From Promethearchaeota archaeon (GTDB lineage: Archaea; Asgardarchaeota; Lokiarchaeia; Sigyniarchaeales; SOKP01): 64,000 nt of DNA. Of this stretch, positions 1 to 11,778 are shown one piece after another. Position numbers and translations under genes: made by a program. The stretch lies in the NCBI GenBank assembly GCA_048940925.1, contig JBHLOC010000002.1:160001-224000 (forward strand). The letters run 5' to 3'. Below the pieces are notes generated by a model that was not told where the DNA came from, did no database searches, and saw only the letters and a list, made by a program, of their open reading frames with translations. The number at the start of each line of letters is the position of its first letter. Positions within the stretch are counted from its first letter, which is position 1.

Positions 1-2112
1 ATTTTAGAAGATCCAGAAACAAATGATTTAGTGATTCATTATGAGGATTTAAAAACTGGAGAATTTAAGGATTTTAAAGCAAACCTTGTAGTACTTGCAG
101 CACCTCTCGTCCCTTCAGCTGGAACTAAAGAATTAGCTAAAATATTAGATATCGGATTGGATGAGTATAATTTTTTCAAAGAAAGATCATATTTTAATAA
201 ATCCTTATCATCAAAAGAGGGTATTTTCATAGTAGGATTTTGTCAAGGTCCAATGGATATACCAGAAACTGTAGCAGATGCCAGTGGGGTGGCTTCACAT
301 GTAGCAACCTTATTAAGTTCCTCTAAATTCACTGAAATAAAGGAAAAAATTATTGAGATACCAGAAAAAGAAGTTGCTTTAATGGATGAGCCAAGAATTG
401 GTGTTCTTATCTGTCATTGTGGTATTAATATTGGTAAATATATTGATATCCCTGAAGTGATAAAGCACATAAAATCATTACCTAATGTAGTTTTTTGTGA
501 AGATAACTTATATTCATGTAGTTCTGATTCTCAAGAACGAATTAAAGAAGTAATAAAGGAATATGATTTAAATAGGTTTATTGTAGCTTCTTGCACACCA
601 AGAACACATGAATCTTTGTTTCAGGAGACATGTCAAGAAGCTGGGTTAAATAAGTATTTGTTTGAAATGGTCAATATCCGTGATCAATGTAGTTGGGTTC
701 ATATGACCGAAAAAGAACTTGCTACCGAAAAGGCTAAGGATCTAATAAGAATGGGAGTTGCGAAGTCAAGATTATTAAATCCACAAAAAGAAGAGAAATT
801 AAAAATCACTCAAACTGCATTGGTGATTGGTGGAGGTATATCAGGAATGACTGCTGCCTTAAACATAGCTAATCAGGGATTTCTCGTGTATCTTATAGAA
901 AAAGAGAAATATTTAGGTGGAAATTTAAGGTATTTAAATATGTTATATCCTACTCAAGAGGACGCATCAGTCTTACTAAATGAAACCATAGAAAAGGTCA
1001 TGAACAACAAGCACATTAAACTCTTCTTAAGTTCTGCATTGAAAGATATTAATGGGTATGTCGGTAATTATAATGTTTCACTTATCGATTTAGAAGAAAA
1101 AGTTCATGAATTAAAAATTGGTACGATTATAGTAGCCACAGGCGGACAAGAATTAAAGCCAAATGAATTTTTTAACTATAGTTATACGAACCATAATGTA
1201 ATTACACAGCTACAGCTAGAACAGAAATTAAAAGATGAAGATAGTTCGTGGCTTGACAAGCTAAATCATATCACTACACTCTTATGTGTTAATGCAAGAC
1301 AAGAAGAAGGGATAACCTATTGTTCAAATATCTGTTGTGAAAGTGCTATAAAAAATATCAACCTTCTAAAGGAACTAAAACAAGACCTCAAATTAATAGT
1401 TCTTTATAGAGATCTTCAAATGGCTAAGAAAGAATTTGAAGCTTATTATCGTGAGCGAAGAAAAGATGCTGTTTTTTTGAGATATGATTTAAATAAACCA
1501 CCAATAATTAGTAATATAAATGGGAATGCTGAAAAGTTTGAAATAAAAGTATTTGATACCAATTTGCAAGATAACATCGAATTTGAAACAGATTTACTGG
1601 TATTATCGACTCCTATGGTTCCAGCTGATAATTTAGAAGAATTAGCACAGATGTTAAAGGTTCCGTTGGATAAAAATGGATTCTTCTTAGAAGCACATGT
1701 TAAATTAAGACCGCTAGATTTTGCTACAGATGGAATATTCTTATGTGGGTGTGCTCAATGGCCAAAAAATATACAAGATTCAATATCTCAAGCAAATGGT
1801 GCTGCTGGAAGAGCATGTAGATTTCTGGGCGTTAAGGAAATTACAACTTCTGGATTAGTAGCAGAAGTGGATCCTGATATATGTATTGGTTGTGGAACAT
1901 GTAAGGAAACATGCTCTTATAGCGCAATAGAACTCTTAGAAACTAAAAGAGAATTTGAAGAAGTATGTTTATCTATAAAAAAATCGTCGATCAATTCAGG
2001 ATTATGCAAAGGATGCGGAACTTGTGCTGTGAATTGTCCTGTTGGCGCTATTTCTATAAAACACTACGATTTTGAACAAATTAATGCTATGATTAAAACA
2101 CTAGCGATATAA
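1..2112 (+). CDS. hdrA: Heterodisulfide reductase subunit A-like flavoprotein (5' truncated by window)
   Basis: Frame open from base 1. Motifs [54 protein letters not shown] and two C-terminal CxxCxxCxxxC ferredoxin motifs. Confidence 0.93.
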   Translation: MLEDPETNDLVIHYEDLKTGEFKDFKANLVVLAAPLVPSAGTKELAKILDIGLDEYNFFKERSYFNKSLSSKEGIFIVGFCQGPMDIPETVADASGVASHVATLLSSSKFTEIKEKIIEIPEKEVALMDEPRIGVLICHCGINIGKYIDIPEVIKHIKSLPNVVFCEDNLYSCSSDSQERIKEVIKEYDLNRFIVASCTPRTHESLFQETCQEAGLNKYLFEMVNIRDQCSWVHMTEKELATEKAKDLIRMGVAKSRLLNPQKEEKLKITQTALVIGGGISGMTAALNIANQGFLVYLIEKEKYLGGNLRYLNMLYPTQEDASVLLNETIEKVMNNKHIKLFLSSALKDINGYVGNYNVSLIDLEEKVHELKIGTIIVATGGQELKPNEFFNYSYTNHNVITQLQLEQKLKDEDSSWLDKLNHITTLLCVNARQEEGITYCSNICCESAIKNINLLKELKQDLKLIVLYRDLQMAKKEFEAYYRERRKDAVFLRYDLNKPPIISNINGNAEKFEIKVFDTNLQDNIEFETDLLVLSTPMVPADNLEELAQMLKVPLDKNGFFLEAHVKLRPLDFATDGIFLCGCAQWPKNIQDSISQANGAAGRACRFLGVKEITTSGLVAEVDPDICIGCGTCKETCSYSAIELLETKREFEEVCLSIKKSSINSGLCKGCGTCAVNCPVGAISIKHYDFEQINAMIKTLAI

Positions 2113-2253
2113 CCGATGGATATTTCAGATTAGCTAGAATATCACTCATTTGACAATAGAGTTATAAATACTAATCAGAAAAAATAAATTGTTTCTATTT
2201 TTTTTCTATTCATTATAGTTTCAAATTATTATAATTCATATTAACCACATAAA

Positions 2254-3534
2254 GTGAATTTTATTACTGAAATTGAAAAAGGGGATAAAGTAGAAGATCT
2301 CAGAGCTGAAAAAAATAAATTTCTTGAAAAAATCTATGACCCAGACATAAGAAAATTACTATATCGATGCTATCAATGTGTTCGCTGTAGTGGTGTCTGC
2401 CAACTTAGCCACGTTCAGAAGTTTGAGCCAAGTAAAATTATTCAAATGATATTAGAGGGTTTTGAGGATAAGATTATCGAGAGTGGAGTTTTATGGGATT
2501 GTTTAACATGCAACGCTTGTCTTCAAAATTGCCCTGAAGGAATAAATTTTGCAGATATTGTAAGAATGGTAAAATATAAATCACGAGAATCTGATAAACA
2601 AAATCCTGATGATTATGTTGCGCATAAGGGAGTATACACAACCATTTCAGAGATAATGAGCGAACCTCATATAAAGCCAGCGAGATCGCTCGAATGGATC
2701 CCTAAAGAATGTAAAGTTTCAGAACAAGGAAATATATTATACTATGTTGGATGCCTCCCTTATTTCAATTTTGAATTTGAAAACTCAGATTCAATTGCTG
2801 AAAGTACTTTAAAAATCCTCTGTCAGATTGAGAAAGAGCCAATTGTAGTTCTTAAAGATGAAATATGTTGTGGACATGACCTATATTGGGGTCAAGGCAA
2901 ATTTAATGCTTTCATCAATTTAGCAGAGAAGAATCTCAAAAGATTTGAAGAAACTGGTGCTACTACAATTGTCACTGCTTGTGCTGAATGCTATAGAACT
3001 TTTAAGGTTGATTATCTGAAATTATTCGAAGATTTTGATAAAAAATTTGTGGTTAAACATTTAATTGAATATGTATATGAAAAATGGAAAGAAAAGAAGA
3101 TTGAATTTAAAAATCCAAGTGAAATGGAAGAGCCTATTCAATTCACTTATCATGATCCATGTAGGTTAAGTAGGTTTTTACCTAAAAATAGTAAGATTAT
3201 TGATAATGTACGTGAAATTTTTCATCATTTAAATAAAATTGGATATAAGTTTAATGAAATGGCACATAATAAAACTGATGCGTTATGTTGTGGAGTAAGT
3301 TCTTGGATGAATTGTAATGACCGATCGAAGGCATTAAGGTATAAACGACTATTAGAAGCGAAGGATGTGGGTGAAATAATGGTAACATCATGCCCAAAAT
3401 GTAAATTCCATTTAACATGTTTACAAAATGATTATGAAGATATATCATCGGTTGAGATAATAGATTTCTCAGAGTTCCTAGTAGACTTAATAAAGATAAA
3501 AGAATCAAGTGAAGAATTGGAGGAAGAAAAATAA
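2254..3534 (+). CDS. HdrD/GlpC-like Fe-S oxidoreductase (HdrC-like dicluster plus two CCG domains)
   Basis: CYQCVRCSGVC, CLTCNACLQNCP, GC..CCG..CAEC and YHDPC..CCG..CPKC. The true start may be ATT at 2263. Confidence 0.88.
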   Translation: MNFITEIEKGDKVEDLRAEKNKFLEKIYDPDIRKLLYRCYQCVRCSGVCQLSHVQKFEPSKIIQMILEGFEDKIIESGVLWDCLTCNACLQNCPEGINFADIVRMVKYKSRESDKQNPDDYVAHKGVYTTISEIMSEPHIKPARSLEWIPKECKVSEQGNILYYVGCLPYFNFEFENSDSIAESTLKILCQIEKEPIVVLKDEICCGHDLYWGQGKFNAFINLAEKNLKRFEETGATTIVTACAECYRTFKVDYLKLFEDFDKKFVVKHLIEYVYEKWKEKKIEFKNPSEMEEPIQFTYHDPCRLSRFLPKNSKIIDNVREIFHHLNKIGYKFNEMAHNKTDALCCGVSSWMNCNDRSKALRYKRLLEAKDVGEIMVTSCPKCKFHLTCLQNDYEDISSVEIIDFSEFLVDLIKIKESSEELEEEK

Positions 3535-6500
3535 TGGAAGGATCTGTTTTAGTAATTGGAGGAGGTGTCGCTGGAATTCAGACCTCATTGGATCTTACCG
3601 AATTAGGTCTAAAGGTCTATTTAGTAGAAAGATCTCCATCTATTGGAGGGAGAATGGCTCAGCTAGATAAAACTTTTCCCACAAATGATTGTAGTCTATG
3701 TATTCTCGCCCCTAAGATGGTTGAGGTGTTCAGAAATCCTAATATCGAACTTATGACCTATCATGAAGTTAAAAAAGTAGAAGGGAAACCAGGAAGCTTC
3801 ACAATTACTGTTCTTAAAAAACCACGTTATATTGATGAGACTAAATGTAAAGGATGTGGTGATTGTGCTGCCAAGTGCCCAAAGATAGAAGCTCCAAATA
3901 TTTTTGATATGAATTTGGGAAAGAGGAAATCTGTTTATATCCCCTTTCCACAAGCTGTTCCTCCAATTTATCTAATTGACCCTGAATTATGCCTTAAACT
4001 TACTAGAGGGGTTTGTGGAGTTTGTGAGAAAGTTTGTACGGCAGAAGCAATTGATTATGAACAACAACCACAAGAAATTGAATTAAAGGTCGGTGCGATT
4101 GTAGTTGCTACGGGATTTGATATGTTTGCTGAAGAATTGTCTTCTCGATGGGGTTATCAATATGAAAATGTAGTTAATGCACTCGAATATGAACGAATTC
4201 TTTGCGCTAGCGGTCCGTTTGGTGGACATGTAATGCGTCCTAGTGATGAAAAAGAACCTGAGATAATTGCTTTTATTCAATGTGCAGGATCACGAGATTT
4301 ACATGAAAATGTTCCTTATTGTTCATCAGTATGTTGTATGTATACTGCAAAAGAGGCAATAATCACCAAAGAACACTCAGATCATTCAAAATGTTTCGTA
4401 TTTCGACATGATATCAGAGCTTATGGTAAAAATTTCTATGAATTTACCCAGAGAGCTCAAGAAGAATATGGGGTAAAATACTTTCAGACAAAAATTAGTA
4501 CTATTGAAGAAGATCCTGAAACAAACGACTTAATTATTCATTATGAAGATTTAAAAACTGGTGGATTTAAAGATTTTAGAGCAAACTTGGTTGTTTTAGC
4601 CACACCTTTAGTTCCTTCGAAAGGAACAGAAGAATTAGGTAAAATCTTAGATATTGAGTTAGATCATTATAATTTTTATAAAGAAAAAACATATTTTAAC
4701 AAATCATTATCCTCAAAAGAGGGTATTTTCTTATGTGGATTTTGTCAGGGTCCAATGGATATTCCTGAAACAGTTGCTGATGCGAGTGGAGTAGCCTCCC
4801 AAGTAGCTACATTATTAAACTCTGTCAAATTTACCGAAGTGAAAGAAAAAATATTTGAAATTCCAGAAAAAGAAGTTAAAATTACTGATGAGCCAAGAAT
4901 AGGGGTACTTATTTGCCATTGTGGTATTAATATAGGCAAATATGTAGATGTTCCTGAAGTACGAGAATATATTAAGACCTTACCTAATGTAATACATTGT
5001 GAAGATAATTTATATTCATGTAGCTCTGACTCACAAGAAAGAATTAAAGAATTAATTGCTGAACATAATCTAAACAGATTTATCGTTGCTTCTTGTACAC
5101 CTCGAACCCATGAGGCATTATTCCAAGAAACATGTCAAGAAGCAGGAATGAATAAGTATCTATTTGAAATGGTCAACATCCGTGATCAGTGCTCCTGGGT
5201 CCATATGACTGAAAAAGAAGCTGCTACTGAGAAATCGAAGGATCTCTTGCGGATGGCAGTCGCAAAAGCTCGATTAATTAAACCACAAGCTGAAGAAAAA
5301 CTGCAAATCACCCCAACAGGTTTAGTAATAGGTGGCGGTGTTTCAGGTATGACCGCTGCTTTAAATTTAGCAGATCAAGGATTTAAAACTTATCTTGTTG
5401 AAAAAGAAGACAAATTAGGGGGAAATCTAAACAATTTGAATATTTTATACCCAATTCAAGAGGATGCTTCGATATTCCTAAAGGAAATAACTCAGAAAGT
5501 TGAGAACCATAATAATATTGAAGTCCTAATGAAATCTAAAATTAATTCCATTAAGGGTTACATTGGTAATTATGAGGTTTCAGTTACCAATTCAGGAACA
5601 GATCCTAAGGAATTGAAAATTGGGACTATTATTGTAGCTACTGGAGCGCAAGAATTAAAACCTCATGGATTATATCAATATGACGATAAGAATGATGATG
5701 TAATAACCCAATTAGAGTTAGAACAGAAACTCCAAGATAAAGATAAATCTTGGCTTGATAAAGTTAATCGTGTAACATTTATTCTATGTGCTAACGCTAG
5801 GCAAAAAGAGGGAATAACGTACTGTTCAAATGTGTGTTGTGGAACTTCAATTAAAAATATTAATATTTTAAAAGAGTTGAAACCAGAACTGGAAATCGTC
5901 GTTCTATATAGAGATTTTCAAATGGCCAAAAAAGAATTTGAGGAGTATTATCGAAATCGAAGGAAAGATGCGATGTTTTTACGATATGATTTAGATAACT
6001 TACCAAAAATAACAAAGAAAAACAAGGAAAAATATAGAATTAAAGTATTTGATACCAATCTGCAGGATAAAATCTCTTATGAGACTGATATGATTGTTTT
6101 AGCAACTCCTATGATACCAGCAGATAATTTGGAAGAATTAGCTAAGATGCTCAAGGTTCCTTTAGACAGAACTGGCTTTTTCTTAGAAGCTCATGTTAAA
6201 CTGAGACCCTTAGATTTTGCTACTGATGGTGTCTTCTTATGTGGATGTGCTCAATGGCCTAAAAATATACAAGATTCAATTTCACAAGCAAACGGAGCAG
6301 CTGGACGAGCAAGCCGATTTCTAAGTGCAAAAGAAATTACAACATCAGGTTTAGTTGCTGAAGTAAATCAAGATAAATGTATAGGATGTGGTGAATGTGA
6401 AGAAGTTTGTCCATATAAAGCTATAGAATTAATAGATACACCTAAAGAATTTGAAGATTTAAGCATAGTTGTTAAAAAATCTTCTATTAATTCCGCCCTC

Positions 6501-6629
6501 TGTAAAGGTTGTGGAACATGTGCAGCTACTTGTAAAGTTGGAGCAATAATGGTAAAACATTATGATTTTAATCAAATATCAGCTATGATTGATTCTTATT
6601 TGTTAGAAAAAGAAAAGGTAAAAAATTAA
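3534..6629 (+). CDS. hdrA: Large two-module heterodisulfide reductase subunit A
   Basis: [19 protein letters not shown], inserted ferredoxin, QCAGSR..YCSSVCC, then a second CHCG plus FAD module and C-terminal ferredoxins. TAATG overlap with the upstream gene. Confidence 0.95.
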   Translation: MEGSVLVIGGGVAGIQTSLDLTELGLKVYLVERSPSIGGRMAQLDKTFPTNDCSLCILAPKMVEVFRNPNIELMTYHEVKKVEGKPGSFTITVLKKPRYIDETKCKGCGDCAAKCPKIEAPNIFDMNLGKRKSVYIPFPQAVPPIYLIDPELCLKLTRGVCGVCEKVCTAEAIDYEQQPQEIELKVGAIVVATGFDMFAEELSSRWGYQYENVVNALEYERILCASGPFGGHVMRPSDEKEPEIIAFIQCAGSRDLHENVPYCSSVCCMYTAKEAIITKEHSDHSKCFVFRHDIRAYGKNFYEFTQRAQEEYGVKYFQTKISTIEEDPETNDLIIHYEDLKTGGFKDFRANLVVLATPLVPSKGTEELGKILDIELDHYNFYKEKTYFNKSLSSKEGIFLCGFCQGPMDIPETVADASGVASQVATLLNSVKFTEVKEKIFEIPEKEVKITDEPRIGVLICHCGINIGKYVDVPEVREYIKTLPNVIHCEDNLYSCSSDSQERIKELIAEHNLNRFIVASCTPRTHEALFQETCQEAGMNKYLFEMVNIRDQCSWVHMTEKEAATEKSKDLLRMAVAKARLIKPQAEEKLQITPTGLVIGGGVSGMTAALNLADQGFKTYLVEKEDKLGGNLNNLNILYPIQEDASIFLKEITQKVENHNNIEVLMKSKINSIKGYIGNYEVSVTNSGTDPKELKIGTIIVATGAQELKPHGLYQYDDKNDDVITQLELEQKLQDKDKSWLDKVNRVTFILCANARQKEGITYCSNVCCGTSIKNINILKELKPELEIVVLYRDFQMAKKEFEEYYRNRRKDAMFLRYDLDNLPKITKKNKEKYRIKVFDTNLQDKISYETDMIVLATPMIPADNLEELAKMLKVPLDRTGFFLEAHVKLRPLDFATDGVFLCGCAQWPKNIQDSISQANGAAGRASRFLSAKEITTSGLVAEVNQDKCIGCGECEEVCPYKAIELIDTPKEFEDLSIVVKKSSINSALCKGCGTCAATCKVGAIMVKHYDFNQISAMIDSYLLEKEKVKN

Positions 6630-6648
6630 TTATAAGGGTAAAGAAATA

Positions 6649-7083
6649 ATGTCAAAATCAAAAGGAAAAGCAACTAAAAACGGATTTGAGCCCAATATTT
6701 TAGTTTTTTGTTGCAATTGGTGTAGTTATGCTGGTGCTGATTTAGCAGGAGTTTCACGATTTCAATATCCTCCAAATATTAGAGTAATACGCGTAATGTG
6801 TTCTGGAAGAGTTGATCCTTCATTTGTCCTAAAAGCTTTAAAAAATGGCGCTGATGGAGTTCTTGTAAGTGGGTGCCATATAGGAGATTGCCATTATATT
6901 TCTGGAAATGAATATACCCAAGAACGGTTCGAAAGATTACATAATATTCTGATTAAGCAACTAGGAATAGATCCAAAAAGAGTACGCTTAGAATGGGTGA
7001 GCGCGTCTGAAGGAAAGAGATTTGCTGAAGTAATCACGGAGTTTACTAATCAAATTAAAGAATTAGGTCCCTTGAAATCCTAA
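6649..7083 (+). CDS. mvhD: MvhD/FlpD [2Fe-2S] subunit (Cys form)
   Basis: [48 protein letters not shown]. Confidence 0.95.
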   Translation: MSKSKGKATKNGFEPNILVFCCNWCSYAGADLAGVSRFQYPPNIRVIRVMCSGRVDPSFVLKALKNGADGVLVSGCHIGDCHYISGNEYTQERFERLHNILIKQLGIDPKRVRLEWVSASEGKRFAEVITEFTNQIKELGPLKS

Positions 7084-7296
7084 AATTTTTAAAACAGCAT
7101 CAATTGATAAGTGTTTTAACTCATTTGCTTTATTAAAGTTTTTAACAGAACTATTCTACATAGGGTAGTCCTCCAATTTCTTCAATCTTTTTTTATCCCA
7201 TTCAATATCTGAAAGGCGTTTTTTAAAGTATATTTTACCACCATCATTCAAATTTGCTAACTTCTTATCAAATATCCCACATATTGGAGGACTCAT
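7084..7296 (-). pseudogene. Eroded small Zn-finger-like hypothetical gene
   Basis: ATG 7296 gives MSPPICGIFDKK..GGKIYFKKRLSDIEWDKK. After a frameshift in an A-run it continues IEEIGGLPYVE*FC*K, then [18 protein letters not shown], with internal stops. Confidence 0.5.
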
Positions 7297-7411
7297 AATA
7301 AAGATTTAAAATTTGAAAAAATTTTTTAACTTTTAGATAAAATATAATAAATTTGAAGCTTCTTTTCTAAATTTAAAACAATTGAAAATAAAAAGTATAA
7401 GTTGAATAATA

Positions 7412-8152
7412 ATGGAAGATAAAGAATATCAATTTATCAAAATCGAGAAAAAAGGTAAAATCTCGATAATTAAGTTTAATCGACCGGAAAAGAAAAATGC
7501 TTTAAGTGAAGACATGAGAACGGAGATTATAGATGCATTAGATACTCTTAAGGATGAAAAACGAGTTAAGGCGGTAATCTTTTATGGAGGTGAGGATTTT
7601 TTTTCTGCCGGATTTGATAGAGATGAAGTACAGGCTATCGTACAGGGGAAAGGGGATTACCAACGCTTCATTGATTCAAATCATCTTTTTCATCAAACAA
7701 TATTTGATTTTCCTAAATTATTAATAGCTGTTGTGAATGGATATGCCTTAGCAGGAGCTTTTGACCTCGCTGTTATTTGCCACCTTCGTGTTGCTTCCAA
7801 AGCTACTCTTTTTGGTCACCCTGAGATAAGATTTGGTGCATGTCCTCTTTTCTTTCCATACATGGCTCTCTTAGGACGAGGTAAAGCACTGGAAATTGCT
7901 TTAAATACAGGATCCCAAGAAAATTTTCTCACAGCTGAAGAAGCATACAGATTAAATATAGTAAATAAATTAGTTGAAAAAGGAGAAGCATTGAATGAAG
8001 CTATAAAGATGGCAAAACAAATTATTCAATCTCCAGAATTCGTGATTTCACAATTAATTAAGGTAAATAATACTTTTTTCAATCAAATTAATATATTTGA
8101 CAAGGAAATAGATACAATTGTAGAAAGTATGAAACCAATATTAGGTATATAA
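7412..8152 (+). CDS. Enoyl-CoA hydratase/isomerase (crotonase) family
   Basis: FNRPEKKNAL, FSAGFD, AVVNGYALAG, FGHPE, AEEAYRLNIVN. Confidence 0.9.
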   Translation: MEDKEYQFIKIEKKGKISIIKFNRPEKKNALSEDMRTEIIDALDTLKDEKRVKAVIFYGGEDFFSAGFDRDEVQAIVQGKGDYQRFIDSNHLFHQTIFDFPKLLIAVVNGYALAGAFDLAVICHLRVASKATLFGHPEIRFGACPLFFPYMALLGRGKALEIALNTGSQENFLTAEEAYRLNIVNKLVEKGEALNEAIKMAKQIIQSPEFVISQLIKVNNTFFNQINIFDKEIDTIVESMKPILGI

Positions 8153-8174
8153 AATCTAATTAGGTGATTATTCT

Positions 8175-9149
8175 ATAAAAGCAGTTATTTTTGAAGATAT
8201 TCAAAAATTAGTATATAAGGAAGATTATCCTACACCAACTCCTGGTCCAGACGATGTTCTGGTTAAAGTTCATTACTGTGGAATATGTGGAAGTGATGTA
8301 ATAAATTTCAGATATAAGATGTATCAAGTTCCACTCATTATGGGGCATGAGATTTCTGGAGAAATAGCAGAAATTGGTGAAAATATTAAAGATATTAACA
8401 TTGGTGATAATGTAATTGCCATAAATGTTTCGCAATATGTTATGGGAGAATTGAAAGGATTGGGTGTATTTGAAGATGGCGGATTTGCAGAGTATGTGAA
8501 AGTAAGAAGGAGTAATGTATTTTATCCTCCTACATCAATTTCTGCTAAAGAAGCTGTCATGATTGAATCATTTGCTAATATAATGAGAGCTATAAGAATG
8601 TCAATGATAGAGAATAACCAGAGGATCATGATCATTGGAGGGGGGAATATCGGATTAGCTTTCCTAGTAACTTTATTATGTGAAAAAAGCCCTGAATATG
8701 TAATTGTAATAGAACCTCATGAATTTTTAAGAGAAAAAGCAAAAGATTTTGGTGCTATTGATTCTTTTCCTCCAAGTAAAGCTAAAATAAGGAAATTTAT
8801 AAAGAAACATAGGCAACCTTCCTTTGTTTTTGATTGTGTAGGAAGTGAAGAAACTATTAGGATGGCAATCGATTTAATTCAAAGAGGTGGAATTGTGTTA
8901 TTGGAGGGAATTCAAAAAGGCATGGTTATTCATACCTTTCCAATTATTAATAAAGAAATTTGCTTGAAAGGATGTTTAGGGCATGATCGAAACGACATTA
9001 TTTCTACAATTGAATTATTTGCTAAAAATAAAATTAACGCTGATAAATTTATTACTAAAACTATAGCTTTGGAGGATGTTCAAGAAACTTTTGAATCTTT
9101 TATGAAACTAGATAAAAGAGATTTTATCAAGATATTAATTGAAATTTAA
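8175..9149 (+). CDS. Zn-dependent medium-chain dehydrogenase (ATA start)
   Basis: Frame extends 48 codons upstream of the track ATG: (M)KAVIFED..VKVHYCGICGSD..GHE; Rossmann GGGNIG. SD AGGTGA 8162-8167. No structural-Zn CxxCxxC lobe. Confidence 0.88.
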   Translation: MKAVIFEDIQKLVYKEDYPTPTPGPDDVLVKVHYCGICGSDVINFRYKMYQVPLIMGHEISGEIAEIGENIKDINIGDNVIAINVSQYVMGELKGLGVFEDGGFAEYVKVRRSNVFYPPTSISAKEAVMIESFANIMRAIRMSMIENNQRIMIIGGGNIGLAFLVTLLCEKSPEYVIVIEPHEFLREKAKDFGAIDSFPPSKAKIRKFIKKHRQPSFVFDCVGSEETIRMAIDLIQRGGIVLLEGIQKGMVIHTFPIINKEICLKGCLGHDRNDIISTIELFAKNKINADKFITKTIALEDVQETFESFMKLDKRDFIKILIEI

Positions 9150-9199
9150 TATATTTATTTCATTAATCTATTTAAATCTACAAGCTTAGAAAATAAAGT

Positions 9200-10501
9200 A
9201 TGAAAGAGAAGCCAAATATCATCATATTCATCACTCACGACCAAGGTACATTTTTAGGGTGTTATGAGACTCCTCAGACTACAAAATCACTATATACTCC
9301 AAATATTGACAGACTTGCTGAAAATGGAGTGCGGTTTACAAATTATTTTTGTACTGCTCCTCAATGCAGTCCAAGTAGAGGAAGTTTAATGACTTCTTTG
9401 TATCCACATCAAAATGGGCTAATGGGGCTCGTCAACCTTGGATGGACTTTACCTGAAAATAATAAGACTTTGCCAATGTATTTACGAGATCATGGTTATA
9501 ATACTTATTTACTTGGATTGCAACATGAAAGTAAGGAAGTTTCTACCCTTGGATACGACAAAGTCAGTGAAAGAATCAAGGAATATAAATATTCCACCAA
9601 AAAGATGGAAGAAGTATATTTGAGATTTTTTGAAGAACGGCAAGGAGATGATGAACCTTTCTATGTAAATATTGGAACAATTGAAGTTCATCGACCATTT
9701 GTAATATGGAGTGATCCAGTTGATCCAAAATATGTAGAAGTTCCTCCATTTTTACCTAATAATGAACTGATTAGAGAAGATATTGGACTCTTTTATGGGA
9801 TTATCAATAATGTAGATTTAGCTATAGGAAACATAATTAGGTCTTTAGAAAAATTAGGGTTAAGAAAAAATACTCTATTCATCTATACAACCGATCATGG
9901 GAGCCCATTTCCAAGGGCAAAATGTACTTTATACGATCCTGGGATTAAAACAGCGCTCATTATGAATTGTCCAGAATTAGAAATTGTGAGTGGAGGTAAA
10001 ATAATTGATTATAAGATAAGTAATATTGATCTCTTACCAACATTATTAGATCTTGTTGGAGTTAAAAAACCAAGAAACATTGAAGGGATATCATTTTTAC
10101 CAGTATTAGAAGATAAATTTGGAAATTTTAGAAATGAAATTTTTACAGAAAAAACCTATCATGAAATCTACGATCCCATGCGAAGTATAAGGACTGATAA
10201 ATATAAGTATATTCGAAATTTTACAAGTTCAGAAACGTTATATCAAATGCCACTTGATATTCAAAGAGGTCTTTCAGGAAAATTTTTAATAGATACAATT
10301 AAAAAGCCGAGGAGTGAAGAAGAACTCTACGATCTTGAATATGATCCATATGAACAAGAGAACTTAGTTAACGATTCAAATTATCAAAATATTTTACAGG
10401 AGTTAAGGCAAAAATTACTTAATTGGATGATGAATACTAGTGATCCACTTCTAAAAGGTAAAATTGAGCCTCAAAATGGGGTTAGGTATAAAAGAAAATG
10501 A
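9200..10501 (+). CDS. Sulfatase (formylglycine-dependent family)
   Basis: KPNII..HDQG, CSPSR motif, TTDHG, DLLPT, ELYDLEYDPYE. Confidence 0.92.
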   Translation: MKEKPNIIIFITHDQGTFLGCYETPQTTKSLYTPNIDRLAENGVRFTNYFCTAPQCSPSRGSLMTSLYPHQNGLMGLVNLGWTLPENNKTLPMYLRDHGYNTYLLGLQHESKEVSTLGYDKVSERIKEYKYSTKKMEEVYLRFFEERQGDDEPFYVNIGTIEVHRPFVIWSDPVDPKYVEVPPFLPNNELIREDIGLFYGIINNVDLAIGNIIRSLEKLGLRKNTLFIYTTDHGSPFPRAKCTLYDPGIKTALIMNCPELEIVSGGKIIDYKISNIDLLPTLLDLVGVKKPRNIEGISFLPVLEDKFGNFRNEIFTEKTYHEIYDPMRSIRTDKYKYIRNFTSSETLYQMPLDIQRGLSGKFLIDTIKKPRSEEELYDLEYDPYEQENLVNDSNYQNILQELRQKLLNWMMNTSDPLLKGKIEPQNGVRYKRK

Positions 10502-11778
10502 AAATAGTTAAATCTCTTGAAAATCTTATTTCGAAAATTGATCTTGAATGGATTGATAATTCAAATGAACTAACTAATAGCAACTATTATCATGAACTTA
10601 TGTTGCTTTTCCCAAACTTACATAAATTTTTTGAGGAAGGGCAGCATGAGGATGAATTTGAATTTTTCAGAACGTTAAGACATATTCTTAGAACTCTAAA
10701 AATTTATTTTCTTATAAAGAATAATAAATTTTTTCATAATACATTATCTATAAGTTCTCTACAAACAATTAGAAAAAAAGTATTATGTCAAACTATACGT
10801 AATGAGTTGATTTTACCTCTTATTTTAATGTATCATGACATTGGAAGGTTTTATGATAAGGAAAACCACCCTTATCAAAGTTATTTATTAATAAATGATA
10901 GGGAATTACTTGAACCTTATGATATTTCTGAATTAGATAAACTCCTCATAAGTAAAATTATTCAATACCATTTATTATTTGCTACTATTTATACTGGTGA
11001 ATCTACCTTTTATGGGATATATTCTTTAATAAATGATAATGAATTTATCAAATTAGTTTCTAATGAGAAATTTGGTGATATTTTCATAGATATATTAGAG
11101 ATTTTTACATATATTGATATCTTAGGTTATTCCTATGCTGTAATTTACGATCATTACATAATATATTATAACGAAATTAACTCTAAATTGAAGAAACTTC
11201 TCAGTTTTTGGCCAGATAAGGTTATGATTTTAAAAAAAGCAATAGATTATTCCCAAGAATGGGTAGAATGGAGAATTGCTGGAGCTCTTAGGATTTTTCA
11301 ATTCATTAATACCCAACAATACTTAACTAAGGATTTTTTCTTCAAAAAAATTATAGCAAGTACACGTGAGCCAATAGAGGAGATGAAAGAAGAATTAGAC
11401 TGGAATATTATAAAAGACAAATATTTAATGAATACTTGGAAAATTCAAATAAAATATGGTTTAGGAATCTTAATGTTGTTAACAATCGGTAAATTTTATA
11501 GAGGACCTATTGAAGAAGACGGAAAAATCTCAAATAACCTTATAATATTCTGGATTTTGCTTTCAAAAGAAATTGCTGAAAGATCTATTGAAGATAAGGA
11601 AATATTATGGAATGTACATTTTAAAGGTTTACCAAATTGGTGGAAGTGGGATAGAAAATTTAAAAAAGAGTTGAATTATAATTCTTTAAATTCTATAATG
11701 AAAAATTCCTCGCAGGATTTTAACATTGAGAAAAATGAATACAATTTATATTTAGATTTCGATGTAATTTTTAATTAA
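10498..11778 (+). CDS. HD-domain-like hypothetical protein
   Basis: H..(LMY)HDIGR..H..QYH..D pattern; ATGA overlap with the sulfatase stop. Confidence 0.6.
   Translation: MKIVKSLENLISKIDLEWIDNSNELTNSNYYHELMLLFPNLHKFFEEGQHEDEFEFFRTLRHILRTLKIYFLIKNNKFFHNTLSISSLQTIRKKVLCQTIRNELILPLILMYHDIGRFYDKENHPYQSYLLINDRELLEPYDISELDKLLISKIIQYHLLFATIYTGESTFYGIYSLINDNEFIKLVSNEKFGDIFIDILEIFTYIDILGYSYAVIYDHYIIYYNEINSKLKKLLSFWPDKVMILKKAIDYSQEWVEWRIAGALRIFQFINTQQYLTKDFFFKKIIASTREPIEEMKEELDWNIIKDKYLMNTWKIQIKYGLGILMLLTIGKFYRGPIEEDGKISNNLIIFWILLSKEIAERSIEDKEILWNVHFKGLPNWWKWDRKFKKELNYNSLNSIMKNSSQDFNIEKNEYNLYLDFDVIFN

Noticed and set aside
3251-4939. Short antisense or alternate-frame ORFs inside hdr genes (likewise those inside the thiolase, ABC, treT, ligase, fwdB and mrp genes)
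   Set aside because: Fully nested in well-supported genes, with no motifs or SD; typical shadow ORFs.
1-7083. Selenocysteine forms of HdrA/MvhD, known in Lokiarchaeota
   Set aside because: The visible frames have no in-frame TGA and no convincing AUGA/GA hairpin follows. The 5' part of the first hdrA is outside the window and cannot be judged.
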